A stretch of 64,000 bases of DNA from Iphione sp. A-MEVVRFRX5 (lineage: Eukaryota), in assembly GCA_976226885.1 (NCBI GenBank), contig OZ320316.1, positions 95,294,001 to 95,358,000 on the forward strand, given 5' to 3'. Under the pieces are notes generated by a model. That model made no database searches. It worked only from the letters and a program-made list of their open reading frames with translations, and was not told where the DNA came from. Position numbers and translations under genes: made by a program. Each line of letters begins with the position of its first letter. The stretch's first letter is position 1. Shown one piece after another: positions 17,371 to 32,500 of the stretch.

Positions 17371-19670
17371 GGCAACTCAGGTCGAGAAACCAGCCCTTAC
17401 TCCTCTACTGGTTCATTACTCTCTACATCATAACTAACATCTCCTCTTTCAATTGTTTCTATCTATTTAACCTGTATCCCATCTCATGCATCACCATCCT
17501 CAATAATTAACCGTGATGTTTGGAGCATGTATTGCACAATATTTCTGGGAAACCCGTAATCATAGCGACGACAGGTGTGATAAAATAGATATTTTCAATC
17601 CGATTCAGTATTTCAATCCTTCTCACTTTTCCTTATATTAACATACACCTATGTACAGACCTCTCTTAAGAGCCCTCTGTCTCCCTTTCGTCCTTGTTTT
17701 TTGCCTCGTCCTGTCCCTCTCTGTGACCAGCCGTCTACGTATCGGACAGTCTATGAGCCTTGAGCTGTTGTTTTCACGCTGTAGGTGCTATGTGATTACG
17801 TAGATATCCCTTTTTGAATCTGTGCATACGCATCAGCAATGGTAATTATTCCAAACTGCATTATGACCTTGTATGTGTCCAATGGGTCCGAATCGTTCTT
17901 CGAGCACAGGGCGTACGTAATTCATAGCCATCTACATCTTTATAATGACTTCAGTGTATCAATTATGCATCGTTCGCACTATAATTTCGAAAGGAAAACA
18001 GCTGTTGATATTTTTAAAAAGTGAACATATTTTTACCTGTTCTCACGATTGTTTTCACGTTCTAATAGAAACGATTTTTCAGAGTATCGTGGCACACAAA
18101 GGTATTTGTATATCATGCTGTTTATAATAACATTTCCCGCGCTTCGATTTAAATACATATATAGAGAAGCGTGCAGATGTCTCGCCTTCTATAATCGCGA
18201 CCAGTGATGCTAAGGAAGCTGTGAAGTAAACATTATCCTCAGAGCTAGAACGGCAGAGACAGTGGTAAAACAAGCTGCAAATGAAGGAGGAAATGGACGG
18301 TTGATTCCAATCAGTCGTGCCAAGCCAGTAGGGAACCTTCCTCTAGATGTAATTTGGATAGGCAGTTCCCAGGGGTCTCCCTAAAACCCGTGTAATTGGT
18401 GAGGGGCGGTTCGAGCTACAGATGGATGTGAGTGGACAGAGAAACAGTGTTAAAGAGGTCTGAAATAGTCTCAAACCATGTACTAGAAGTTAAAGGAGAA
18501 GGACCTGAGTTTTCATGTAGATCCAGGAGGTTATATCTCCATCCTTTCTATTTTACTTCCATATTGGTTTATGGCTCGTAGCCCTCTGGTTGACCATGTT
18601 ACAAATTTACCCTCTTACATATTCCCTAGCATGTAGGATATTAAATCCCTCTGTCATTGCATAGGCTGGCTTATCCCAAACTTGCGGCTTTGATGCGCAC
18701 CTACATTAGGATCCAGTTCTAGCTGATAGCCTCACACAACCTTAAAACAGGGCACTCTTTCACAGTGTTAACGCGGAAGGTATATTCTGTTGTAAAACCA
18801 TCAGATTCCATACACTCATTATCTCATTACGTGTCAAGCATATTTTGTGTGTTTTGAGACCTTTTCAGGGCACAGCTTGGAATAAAATGTCTGCACACAT
18901 CATATTTTATACCTGTCAAGTCTTACTGATGCATACTGTTTGACCAACCATATCGTCTCTGCATTAAGACCATACTGCATGGCCGCTTAAGGCTTATTTT
19001 TTTCATAGTTGAGCTGGCATGTAATGGGCGTGTTTTTCTTCAATTACATTTCTATGCTTATGTACATGAATGATACAAGGACACATGCTGGTTTTATTTC
19101 TATATTAACAGTGAATATGGTGCAAACCTTTCATTGCAGAATACATGCTACATGAAAACCTACACGAAAGGAAATAACGCCTAACTATGCTAATTTTGTC
19201 AACATATCTCTACTTGTTATTCCTAATGTTTGGGGATCATGTTATGTAGACACCAAACACAAACACTGGTTGGTTTATCAATCTCAGTCTTAAGGCTTAT
19301 ATATGCACTCAGGTAACCTAACTATATTATCTACCAATTTCATGTTGATATATATATGTATATATATCATTGCATAGGTCTAAATGGGAATGTGTCAATG
19401 TCTAGAGCTATTTCATGTTGGTTTCAACAGTTCTCTGCCAGCATGTTGATTTAATTATTTCATTTGTGGGTTCTCGACGTGCGCCGATTGAATCACTATG
19501 CTCAAGCAATTTAACAAAACCGACCCCTGTCCCCTAGCTAACTTCACATAAGTTGGAAATTATTCGAATCGGCATACATATAAAAACATTTGCATATCAG
19601 TCAAATACGTCCTTCCAAACAAACCTATCCGTTCTACACGCAATTGGTAACAACCTATATACTTAGTACA

Positions 19671-19801
19671 NNNNNNNNNNNNNNNNNNNNNNNNNNNNNN
19701 NNNNNNNNNNNNNNNNNNNNNNNNNNNNNNNNNNNNNNNNNNNNNNNNNNNNNNNNNNNNNNNNNNNNNNNNNNNNNNNNNNNNNNNNNNNNNNNNNNNN
19801 N
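19671..19801. other. Assembly gap (131 N)
   Basis: N run. Confidence 0.97.
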
Positions 19802-22800
19802 AATGCTGACTTCGAAACCTTCCAACCTGCTCCCAATATTCTAGATCATGCATTGGACCAATTAGCAAGTCCGAGACGGCACATCAAGTCAGCACGCGAA
19901 GCTGCCTGGGATTATCGTAGAGCGGAAACTGTGAGATTTAATGGCAACAGACCATTATGCCTGGGATCGGTGAAGAAGACAACTGGGTTAATATGGTGTT
20001 AAATGTAAATATCTGCTCGGTGTGTGGAAGCTGGCAGTCAGATAAGAATTTGCATTTGCAGAAATGGCATACCGTCCATGAAACACAACTAGAAACATCA
20101 TCATAGTTATTATTATTATTTTTTCATATCCATGCCGCTGGCAGACCGCATTTGTAATTCGTATCATACATAAATATTTCTCGATGCCGCTGCGATATGG
20201 CTCAGCGCAGCCACAGGCGTTGTTGTGAAAAAAAGAGACAATGCTGGAATTTGGATTTGAAATTATTGGAAACAAAGAGGCATGATGGTTCAGCTGACGG
20301 GCTTGTCATTCTAAGCTGGACGCATGTGGTTGTGACGTCAAAGGGTTAATTATGTTTGTGACATGCGCACGTGCGCAGAATGGCCATTTTGTTCGCCGGG
20401 GGGCTGCTGGTGGCTGCCATCTTCTGTTCTTGTCCTCTTGTTCTTGTATTACGGGTCTTATTTCTCTTTCTTTTTGTTGTTAATTACGCTCGATTGTCGC
20501 TACTAATAATATTACATTCCGACTCCAGGGGTCCCGATAGACAAAGCATGGGACAGGAAAGACGGGGGAGAGAACTAAGATAAAAATCGAGAGAGGGACA
20601 CGGAAAGAATACCAGCATTAGGAAAGGGTGCGATAGAAAGAGACGGGGAAAGCAATGCCTAGTGTAGCATTATCGAAGTGAGACGGAAGAAAAGAACTGA
20701 GATACCGAACTCAGAAAAAGGCAGACGGGGCGTATTCTAGAATATAATTTCTTCTTGTTTTGCCAATGAGTGCAAGCTCTTGAAGCTTTGCTTGGAGCAA
20801 CATTTAATTATATCGAAAAATTATTAGGTCTCCCGGATGCCGCACCAACAGGTCCAGCAATAGTTTCTAAAACAAAACCTAGCCCTATACGCTATATGTT
20901 TGTTTTGTGTAAAAATAGTGCATCACCATAACTATTTGCATCAGTAATGCAGGTTTGATGCATCATGGAATAGTACTAAAATTGATACAGTTATAATTTT
21001 TTGGAAAATATCAGCCAGAAATAATTTCTCTTGAAACTGTGATTCTATTAGGAGTCGTTGTAGAGAGAAGTAAGAGAGAGCAGTTATTATCACATTTTAA
21101 TTAAATATAATAATTATGTAATAAAAAATAATATTTATATTGAAAATTATTATGGTAAATGAGAAAAATACAGGCAAAAATGGCTTAGAATCGCTATCAA
21201 AATATGAGAAAATAGTACTGAACGATCTGTAAGCTTATAATACATACATATCTCTTCGGAATCCCAATATAACATCTTAAATTTACGTGGCAACAACCCA
21301 AAAGAGGTCACGTGATCTTAAGACAACTTTCTTGCCCACAAGATTTAGGGAAAGTTTAATATTTGACCAATCAAATTCTTTGTTTAAAACATAAATAACC
21401 AAAATGGCGGCCGTCGAGAGTATTTTGTGTCTAAAATCAAACAAGTCACCAGGATAACATCTGCAAGACAATGGCCAATAGGCCCGAAGCTGAGGGCATG
21501 ATCCTGGGGACTAAAAGCCCAAAATGCACTTAACCAGCGTTCTGACAACGAAAATAATAATCTGAATTTAATGGAGTAACTTGGACATGTAAAAAGCAAT
21601 ATCCAAGAAAATATGAAACTACAGCTTGGCATTAGCCAAAGCAGTTAAGTGTTTTTCCTGAATTGTATATGATTTAAACAACATTCTAAAAGAATATGGA
21701 TCCACTTTAAGATAAAAAATAATACACAGCTAATATACAGCTAACTGCTATTTTAACAATTCTGCTATTTGGAACGTTTTTGGGTCATGAGAACCATGCC
21801 CTGCTTGAGTCCACTGTGCCCTATAAGGAACATAATGAGACGAATGTTAGAACCCTTAGCTTAAAATAGGATTAGTAAGTGAATGTTATTTATATCTCTA
21901 CATGATATTTCCATGTTACTTATGTTGTGAATAAAAGTATAATCTGGCCAGGAGTAAAAATTAATTAAAGTATGAATTAATGATGGAGGAACATTCTTGA
22001 AGTGATGATTAATGGGTACTCATTATTCTGAAATGTATGTATCCCACTAAATAGGCGAGGAACAATATCATCATAGGCCTAGTACTCTCAGTTGAGTATG
22101 GTAGAGAGAAAAGGGACGGGGCATTGGGAGAGACTGAGAGTCCTTTATCTGCCAAGGGCATCTCACTATCAAGGGGTTGATGGTTCACTAGAAAACGATT
22201 TACTTCAATCTATTTCGAGGCACTGGAGATTGAAATGTGAATTTATTTGACGGACCTTGTTCTAAGACTTAATAAGATCGCATAAGCTGGGTCATGTTTT
22301 GCCCCTCTCCCCACTCCAGCTTAATCCAATTAGATTTAATGGTTCAATTAAATCTGTAAATCTCTACTAATGGAGGTTGAGGGTGCATCCTTTGTTGAAT
22401 AAACATCCGTTTTACCGCTAAAATATACGCATTTATACATTTCCTACTATGGCTCTGTTTTTGCTGGTAATAGGTACTCATGTTCAACATCATTGTTCAA
22501 AATATGTAAGGCAGATGTGGTTCCAATGTATCTAATTACATAAACCACCCAAAGCGCATGTGTCTTGTTAATAAATTTATAACATGATGGTTGGAATACC
22601 ATTTACAAAGTATAATTTTACTGATTACTCCCAGAACAGTGTTTATTGCAGTTGTAAACACCACATGAAACCACATCATACGTGACGGTTATTTTAATCT
22701 CATAAAGCTATTTGTAAAATGTCGCTAGGATATTTGTAGTCGCGGTTAATTGTACATCATCTAACATCATCAATATGTCGAATTGCGAGCAAACTAATAC

Positions 22801-24718
22801 CTTCATCAATTTTATCTGTTCATTCAAATAAATATGTCATGTATTATTCTAAATCATGCTGTTTTCATCAATGTCCATTTGTGTCTTTTTGAGTCCCGTC
22901 AGAAGTTCCTCTAGTAATGTACAGTGTATATCTCGGTGTGAACACAAACTTTCCATATATAGATATATAGAAGATAAATAGTATATCTATCGATATATAT
23001 TCATGTATCCTTCAACAACTGTGGTTACCATGTATATTGCGATGCAACATAGATGACGTCTCATGTATTCCATTGTCCGTTAATCGCTACATAAAATCCT
23101 TTCTTGTTATGCTATGAAAGGCTTGCTTTGTGGACCCCACTTACGTTGTCTGTGATATTATTAATATATACATGTATACATGTATGGTATTTTACCTAAA
23201 TTAATATACCACACAGTCGTAGCATAACATTCTCCTTTTCTGTAACTCGGTCAAATCCATGTATGTACATTTACTGTATTCCGCCTCTTTCAATATACCC
23301 GCTTTCTAGTATAATCATCCTAGTTGAAGTACTTATTCGTGGAAGATGTTGGTCTTGTTTTCACATATAACATGGTAATTTCGTAGATACACTAGTACGT
23401 GTACTCATTTCTAGCATATTTCAATGAGACACATCAGGAGGCATTTTTATCTTTCCCCTCAAACAGTGACGTCGTATAAGAAGATATACTTATACATTTA
23501 ATGCGAACGTTATGGGGTTATCCCTCTTCGGGCATCGATAGTAATATTTAAGGTACTATGCTGTTCCACTATTCCATATTAGGATGTAACCTGTCAGGAT
23601 ACATTTAAATCTACCATTGGTTATTTAGCAGACTAGTAAGTCAGATACAACCCTCGTAGAGTAAGTGCTTGATATATGAACGTATAATCTACTCGGCTGC
23701 GCCTCGAATATTTTACAGCAATATATCGCGTACAGCACTCTGCTCGTGCTGTATCACATACCGTATCCTATACATGCTTGCAACGCTGAAAATAAGGGTA
23801 TTGTATGAAGAATCTAAGCAGCTAGTACTGTACTGCCATCTGATCATCAGTACCTAAGAGGGCAGGAATAAGGATACTATTAAGGCATTAGCAATGTTGC
23901 AAGAAAGTGATTAGGAAAAAAACTACTGACTTAATTAGATTGCTGAGGCAACGGTCGCACCAAGGGAGAAGGGCTGGGAAAAATATATTATAGCAATTTT
24001 CGGTAAGGAACAAAATTAGTAATGACAGACACTGAGGACAGAGTTAAAATGATCTATGTGATGATAGTTATGGGATTACGGATGGGAAAGAACCCCCTGC
24101 AGCAATGAGCCAGATCAAGTAAAATTTTAGCAGATGTTTCATTAGCTAGCACGTGTGAGTACCAGGAGGCAATTATGTAAGGAGAAGGGCGCCAGGAGAC
24201 AACAGAACATGCAATCTACTGGTCCTGAGAGGTGATCGATAACAGTTTTTGTTTTGGTTCAGTTTATTTTATTCCACGTTTTCTGAACCACTTGAGGGAC
24301 CCTGGCACCGCAACATCTGCAGCAATTTATAGCCTGATACGGAGAAGAAGTAAGGTTTTATATGGGGGTAGGAACTAACTGGGATGTCGCCTATGCTTGT
24401 TCCTTAATTAGTTATAGATAAAACTATAGTATTCTCTATGTACAGGTCTATAAATTCCAACGGAGACCGGTTTAATGAGACAAGCAGGGTCGGTAAGTCT
24501 ATGATTTTAACAGGATGGGTCTACCACAGTGTATCAAACTATCTTTCCATCATATCGCTACATCTCTCTACACTTCCCCGCTCCTTATCCAGGAAAATTT
24601 GCTTTGTAAGCATATAACGCAGTGTGTATGATGATGAACGTAAACATGTTTCTCGAGTTCATATTACAGTATGAAAGGAATGCTTCAATCCTTGTATATC
24701 GGCTGTTTTAAGTTCGAT

Positions 24719-24726
<8 letters not shown>

Positions 24727-24789
<63 letters not shown>

Positions 24790-24790
24790 T
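24727..24790. repeat. (CT)n microsatellite
   Basis: About 30 CT units. Confidence 0.95.
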
Positions 24791-27700
24791 TTCTACTGTT
24801 TGAGCCTCTAAGATCTATATCACATATTCACCATGTTCCCATTCTACGGCTAGGGTGATCGGTCCTTCATGTGACATGCCTATTTAATATCTTTGTAACA
24901 AATTTACCCAGTTCTGAGCCAGCCGATTCAGTCGTATCTGTATTTCTGGTATGTATTTCTGTTGGTAGGGTGGCATTCGTCTATCTTGACTATATTTCAT
25001 TTTTGGATATTTACGATGAATAGATCAAAACAAGGAATTCTGTGATAAATGCTCATGGAGGAAGTAAATTTGGTGTAAAACTCTTGACAATTTGAAAAGG
25101 ACATCTCATAAATATAATTTACCACCGTTAGATTAGTTCAATGATTGTGCATCAATGGAAATTTTCTGACTGACCAACTACTGACTCTCTTTTAAATGCA
25201 TGACATTTTCTAACAAACTAACAGTTTTATCACAGGAATCATCCAACATCACATGATTCTGGCCCATATAATTTTTAAAGATTGTTCAAAGGCTGTTTTG
25301 AAGAAGGAAGATATACCTTTTTAGTATATTTTAAGTGATATTATTATGTAAACTATTGATATGGCCATATCATATATATTGCATTCAGTCATATTGTTCC
25401 TGTATTATTTTAGATTTACTTTTTTACAACTTGTCCAACACTTTCTAGACATGCTACTTATTGCCAGTCCATTGTGATGCCCACCTGTGACTGTGGAAAA
25501 TGTTCCTTTCCCACGAAGATATCTAGCAAAATTGTCCACGTGTAGATTTTGTTGCTGGCTTTGTTACCTCGTTTATGCATCATTTTTATTTCAAAAATAG
25601 CATATTTTGATATTTCACCAAGGTGTGTTACAATGCCCTCTGTTGTTAATTTGTCTGACCTGGTGACAAAAATATGCACTCTAATTGGACAGTGTCGCAC
25701 TGCAGTAAGTATCTATGACACAAACGGTCAACAGGGATTAGCGTTATCTAGGTGATTTGTCCATTGGCCAATCGTATTATGTCGGTGATATGTCCATAGG
25801 CTCACGTAAGAATGCCATAATGATGCTACAACGGTGTTGTTTACCTCCTGCCATTGTGTATCAAGAGTTCTGCTTTAATAGCGTCATTATGGTGTAAAAA
25901 GCGATCGGCCAATTCTGAGAAAAACTGGGTCAAGTTACAACTGCAATAACACATTATTTGGTACATGGGAGTTCATGTAATGTGTGTGCGAATACATTTA
26001 GAGTCAGCTTAAGTTCTTCTTTTTGTGGTCAAATCAATCTAATAGAAAATTGTGACAGCATCGTAAAACAAATGAACTCGCGGTTCTTTTGAAGGAATAT
26101 TCCTAGCAGAGAAAGAAATCCCAGGGGTTCATGCTTCCCTTACCAGGCCGTATATTGGTTTCCAGTAAAGTTTCAGGTCTCACCATCCAGAATAGGGGTA
26201 TTGCGATATAGCCCTACGCGTAACAAGATCACATTGCATTTGATGTAAAAAGGAGTGATACAATACCTTCAGAAATGGTGATACCATCTGCTCGGAGCAG
26301 CTCAAGTAAAGGAAGCTTGAGCTCAAGCGTCCGGTTGAGGCATCCTAATGTGATTCGACTTTCCATGTTTGCCGGGGGATTAATCACATTTCAGTGAGAA
26401 GCGGAAAATTGAACGAGATTAAAACAGAGCCAGAACTCCTCAACAAGCTGGAGAACATGTATTAGATTGGGGGGAGATAGGTGCTGGGGTTCTCAGCCAT
26501 CAGTTGCAGTAGCCTCAGGGGCTCATCTTTTAACTCTTCAAGAGAAAACCGAAATGAAAGTTGAGTATCAAGACGGTAACCTCTTGGCTTGATTAGAAAA
26601 ATGTTTTCATCAGGGAGAAGGCATAAAAGAAATGAGCTGATGTGACAATGCGTAGGATGGAAAAGATACACACCAAGGTAATACAGTTACAGATCGTAAC
26701 AAATCTATTGACTTCCGGAAAAAATAAAAACCCTTTGAGCCCCTCTTCAAATATTCACTGTACTAAACAGACTGGTATGAAAAACATAACAAACGTTTGG
26801 GAATGAGGTCTCTGTTTAACTGGTGAGGTCATTCACAAATGGCAAAACGCATGTATAACAATAGCATATCACTGATGTTTGTAGATCAGCATTTCTTGTT
26901 TAGGCAGAATTTTTGTTTCTAAATAGGTCAGTTGCAGTAGAATTGTGATGCCTGTGCAAATCTCGTAGCTGTCTCCTTTAAGTTGTGGTTTTGCACCGGA
27001 TACCTGTCGAAGGACGGCTCCTATCCGGGGAAAAACGGTAATTGCTTTTGGAGAATGACTGATTTTACCTCGAGATTAACCTTCTGCACGCAGTAAAGAA
27101 AACAGAAGTATTAATAAGAGATTTTCGAGATGAGGTCAATGATCAGTGTTATCACCGACAGCAACTCAAGTCCTATGCACGAACCCAGTGGTAGCAAGGG
27201 CTAGGAGGAAAACTACGGTGATGCTTCCAGTTTTAATCGCGACAGTAGAGGAAATTGCGCAAATTTCCCAGACAGAATGGACAATGTAATGTGAGAGTAA
27301 TTCAAAATTAACAGACTCTTGGAGATGAATTAATTCCTTGGAAAAGATTGGTAACTTATCTCAATCAGTCTCCTGGAGAACCTGATAAAGCAGATATTTT
27401 CCTAGGATCTGAGGTTGTAATGAGCATTTTCCCCAATTAAATGCACCATTTCCTCGCTTTGTCGGAAAGAAGGCTACAGTTTTGCATTGTATGTGTTCAT
27501 TCACGGGGTATTGGATCAATTTATACCACACACAATATTTGGTAAACTATGGTAAAGACAGTAGGAAAATTTGAAGCTAGAGAACCGAAAGCGTTCTGGG
27601 TTGACGCCATCTGTAACATTGTACATAACGATAAGGGCTGGTACTGCAGGGGATGTTGATGCTTGTAATACTTGCCGCCAGTCTCAGCACGAGGCCGACG

Positions 27701-29511
27701 ATATCCAAAAGGACACCACCGCGTAACTCAGCCCAAATTGAATTGGTGAAGGCTTGTATGTCTTTTGTGAAGATGTATTTTTCTACAATACCAATAGTGT
27801 AAAACTAAGGGTTCTGGTTCAGTTTTGTTCATATTTGCAATGTAAGTCTTTTACAAAATTATACCCACTTTGTTATCCTCCTCTTACGTGCTTCAGAATG
27901 ATGGTCTCAGGCCTTACTGGGGAGCATCCTCACTCTCGTGGGGCCAGTAGAAACAAGGACTAGTCCAAACGTTATCTTCATCCTCTTTTAATGATCATCA
28001 GACATAGCCTTACTAGCAGTAAGAGCCATCCATTGGTTACACTATAGAGAAGTCCTCTCTGAGCTACTAAGAGTAACATACCAAACGAAATTCCCAGTCT
28101 GTGGTAGGGAGATTTTTTTCTGCTCTTTCATAAATTCCATTCATAAAATACCCTAGTTTTTAGTTTTGCGGTGTATGCCGCATCGCTATTGACTATTTAT
28201 TGTTCCTAATAGATTATCCCTCCTTCAGAAAACAACAGGAGGACATAATTGAAAACAGTATTTCCGTTATGGGCAAACACAATATTGCTTGATATTTTCA
28301 AGAAGAGGCTTACTCTCCCGCAGTTACTCGTGATTATTTCGTTACAGGGTATCTTGTGGTATGTTGAAAAGAAAGCCCTTCACCTGTTGTAATACCAAAT
28401 TTTGCCTTGTTTGATATATAAATGATGGAGGAGCGGAAGCAGGTTTGTAATAAAATATACATATCCTGTCTATTTCCTATTTGCAACCACACCTCCGGTC
28501 CTGACCCAAATGGTAACATTACCAATGTTGCTTGCAAATTGGTATAAAACCTTACATCATTGGAATAAAGTAAGGGGAGGGGGGCAGTCAAGCCTGGAAA
28601 TGAACTCCCTTTCTCCCCCCTCTCTCTTTACCAAGTAAAAATATGTCCTAAAATTGCTGAATTTGATGCGTTTAAGTCCAAAAAGTGCTAAATATGATGA
28701 GTAATCACAGTAAAAGTGCATATTAACATGTCTAGTATTACCTTATACAAATAAAAAGAAGTTTATACCAACAAAATATTGATGTATTTATCACAATAAA
28801 CTTCTCTCTATCATGAAAAACGCCCTACTCAGGACGGTGATCATTTCTTTTGCATTGTATTGAATTGTAGATTACCCTTCAATACTTTGAGCAAAGAAAT
28901 TCTGGACTGGTTGTACCAACACCTCTGGTAACACATTAAATAATGAATAACCCATCAAACATTCTCTCCTCAGTGCGGAGTCATTGTGCTTACACCTGTG
29001 GTCTAGCCTTAGACAATGAATGCCCCTCTAGTCACATATAGGCATTAAAATACAATAGAAATGACCCTAAGGCGTGTGGTTGCAGGGTGGAAATTGGTCA
29101 CAAATTGGTATGCTGCTACATAGGTTGGCTGAGACAAATGTTCCTACTCTGGGCTTAAAAGGTTACATTGAAGGATTTAGTTGCAAATAGGTATGGTTGC
29201 CAAATAAACATTCAACTGTATATTTAATGTGATAGTATGTAGACGTAAAATAACATTGTCAAGGAGAATTCTATTCAAGCTATTTGAATAGCATCAGGCA
29301 TCAATTTCACAGTAATTTGATTGTCATAATTCGAGATGTGTGTAGGGGTAATACCAAAACACAACAACATAAGATGTAAAGAAAGTTGTCTTTAATTACC
29401 CCAACATGGGTTGACTTCGTCAGGGGGCAGTTATATATTTTTAGTTTACCAGTGCCTACTCTTTCTTATATATAAAACATATCACATGGAATTGCATTTA
29501 AAGGTCCTCCA

Positions 29512-32500
29512 TCATTTCCTGTGTGTTATTCTAATCTTATATGCGGGTATAGTTATGAGCAGATCGGCCTCATAACTTCTGGGATCAGATGGTGGCAGTC
29601 TCTCTGGTGATTCTGGATCAAATCTAAATTGCTGAATTAAGGATACCACCATAAGAAAGAGCCTATTCTTCGCCAGGCTCTCACCGGGACAAACTCTCCG
29701 ACTGGCTCCAAATGGTAAAAGTCTATGAAAAAAGTAAGTTATCCTTGATAATATAACATAAATTATACAAATGAAGGTAATTTGGAACATTTGTAAAGCT
29801 CTACAAACATATAATATGCTTTTATACGAAATGGAGTAATCCTATCATCCGTTTTACAGAAAATATCTATTACACAAAATAGTTCGAAAGTAGAAGCATG
29901 TCAAACCTTTTCCTATTGATGTGATCAGATGGTGCCAAGTTCCCATCATTGTCCAAGAATCGCTGAGGGATAAATTCCCAAGGCTCTTCCCAATATTTCT
30001 TGCTATGATGTAGATTCCACAAGTTGCAAAGCACCTGTAATTTTAGGGTTTGATATTTTCCAACCATTTCTTTTTAAATGCTTTCACCAATGGAAGTATA
30101 TCAGAGTGTCTAACAGTCAAAGACAATTGAAACTTCACGGTATTAGGTAAAAAACGGACAACCTTCTTTGTAATTGTAAGAAAGTACACTTTAAATATGT
30201 GAAGCATCTCTACATCATTTTATTTTTGTCCTTGACTTAATGGCAAAAGGTTGTCCAGTAGCTAAGCCATGGTTAAACATATTGTAGGTCATGGGCGTTT
30301 CGAATGGAGTTAATTAATTCAGACAATGCTCTCTACACTTGATTACCAAATGTTATATAAAGAGACACTTCATTTGAGTGACTTATTTCAATTCCAACTT
30401 AACGTAGATGTGAAGAGAAAAACTCGACCAAATGGTAAATCTGCCAAAAAATGTGGAGAGGTATACTAATAGATATTACCCATATCACTGTATATTATTG
30501 TAGCGGCCATAATTTTGAGTAATCCATATTTTCCCTAAAAGCTCCGTGATTTTAGATGGCCATTCATCTATTTTTGCAGACTGGTCATAAACTGTATTCA
30601 ATCATCTATAATTTGCTTTTTTACTATCAAGTTAAACACAGTATGAGAGAATTATACTTCGTTGTTTCCATTTTCTGATGATTGGACCTTTATTTTACTT
30701 TATCTCCAAAAGTGCAAAATATATATGTAACATATTTATGTATCAATCAGTAATGAGAACCGCGAATCAGGTCATCAGAATGGTATACACTTACAGCTTT
30801 CAAAATCTGTTGAGGGGAACTTAATGAACTGAGCTAATGAATCCAAATAAAGTTATTGTCAATAATTCTCTATAGATAGGAAGGTTTCTCGCTGATGTTG
30901 TATCAGATACTGACTCTTGTGTCCTTCGGAATGGTAAATTCATTCACGGAAGTATCAACCATTGTGTAGTGTGGTAGGTTAAGTGGAAGTATGGAGCTGT
31001 AGCGAAGTATTTCCAAAATGACTGCCTCTGTATAAGGCATTGAGGCTCTGTCTTGCAAAGATGGTGGTCTTTTATCGAGGACAGCAGCAATTTCATTTGC
31101 AATACACTGTTGGATATCTTCCCTATTTACGAGAACGGCTATTAAGGCAGTTATGGTAATAGTGGTTGTGACAGTCCCTGGAAGAAAGAATGACCTGTTT
31201 GTATGAGAAAAAGGTTTGATACTAATATGAGAGTGAAAATGTTTACAGTTGTTTGTACAGCGTTGCAACGTTCTATTAAATGACCTATATAGATTGACTA
31301 TGTAACCAAGAAAGCTAATACCCTGATAGAAGTAGTCAATAGTTGGATGCTGTCTTTAACGTTAGTTTCTTTCTAGTTAATCCCTAAAACATTATGTAGA
31401 ATATATTACAAAGAAGTTCAGGAAACGTAAATGTATTAACGTAAAACTAGGATACCCCAGTGGTTAAAAACTAAATTCAGTTAATGAGAAAAAATGTGCA
31501 TGTCAAATTAATCATTTGGGTCAATATATCATACTCCATGATGTTTGATGCTTTTGATTTGTGACATTTTTCTTTTTTTTATTTCAAAGGAATTAGTTTA
31601 AAAGTTTAAACCTCTCATACTAGAAAGAACTGATCGACGTAGATCGATATATCATAATTATTAGATCAGAAGAAAAAATGATCACAAACCGATTCAATTT
31701 TCTGAATTTCTAGAGAGTTAGGTTTTTTCGCCTCTAGAAGTAGAACTGCTATTTCCAACAGTTAGCTCTAGCAGTGAATTACACTGATCGGTATACATTA
31801 TGAAATATGGCTACTTGAATTTTCACTGCAGCATGCACTAGTTAATGTCAAGAGCATAGCATTGTATATCGAATTGATCTGGTACTGATAAGATTATATG
31901 AAAAGGAGTCACAATACCTAAGCCAAGTGAAAATACAAAATTACATACCTGGAAAAATCATATCCCTCAAAATACCAAGGAGGTCCTCGTCTGGAAGGGT
32001 TAATTCTGTATGTTTTTCTTCAAATTGTCTCTGTCGATCACATAGTCCATCCATAAAACATTGTGGATTATTGGGTATCAGTAGTTTCTGCAGAAAATAA
32101 AATGTGTCAACTATTATGCTGGAGTCCCATGTGCAGCTTTGGCGTAGAGTATGTAGGGTATCAACAGCAACTTCTCTGATACCTCTCACACCAAAACAGT
32201 ACAATCAGTGGCCAGAGCAGACCGAGGGTGTCAATGGCGACCTCTTTGATATCTCTCACACCTGGGATGATGATTGAGACAGTGGTCCAGAGTGACCGGG
32301 GGCACCACTCAGTGATCTTTAATCAGGATACTTCTGAAATGCAGACTATTTGAGGCAGAACCAAGGGTGTTCATAATCGGGACGTCCACCTACGTATTAT
32401 TTGCCGCTTTAGCCTGAAATTCCAGGAAACTGACAATTTTTTTGGCTAGGTTTCCATGAAGTGTGCTGCTTTGCTTTGTCTTGTGGATGTGTTTGCCTGA

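Noticed and set aside
25450-27800. Higher-complexity stretch with weak hints of RT, RdRp (GDN) or LINE ORF1 motifs on the minus strand
   Set aside because: Hints are isolated, in different frames and riddled with stops; this needs a translated HMM search and cannot be called by eye.
28334-28591. ORF with LPFGSGP resembling a P450 heme exon (possible fourth CYP remnant)
   Set aside because: No Cys at the expected position, no similarity to exon 8 of the three paralogs and no other exons; it could equally be a decayed RT (MPFG) fragment.
28973-28980. Single GTGCGGAG about 530 bp downstream of the CYP-A stop
   Set aside because: One 8-mer in about 55 kb is compatible with chance; no LTR context.
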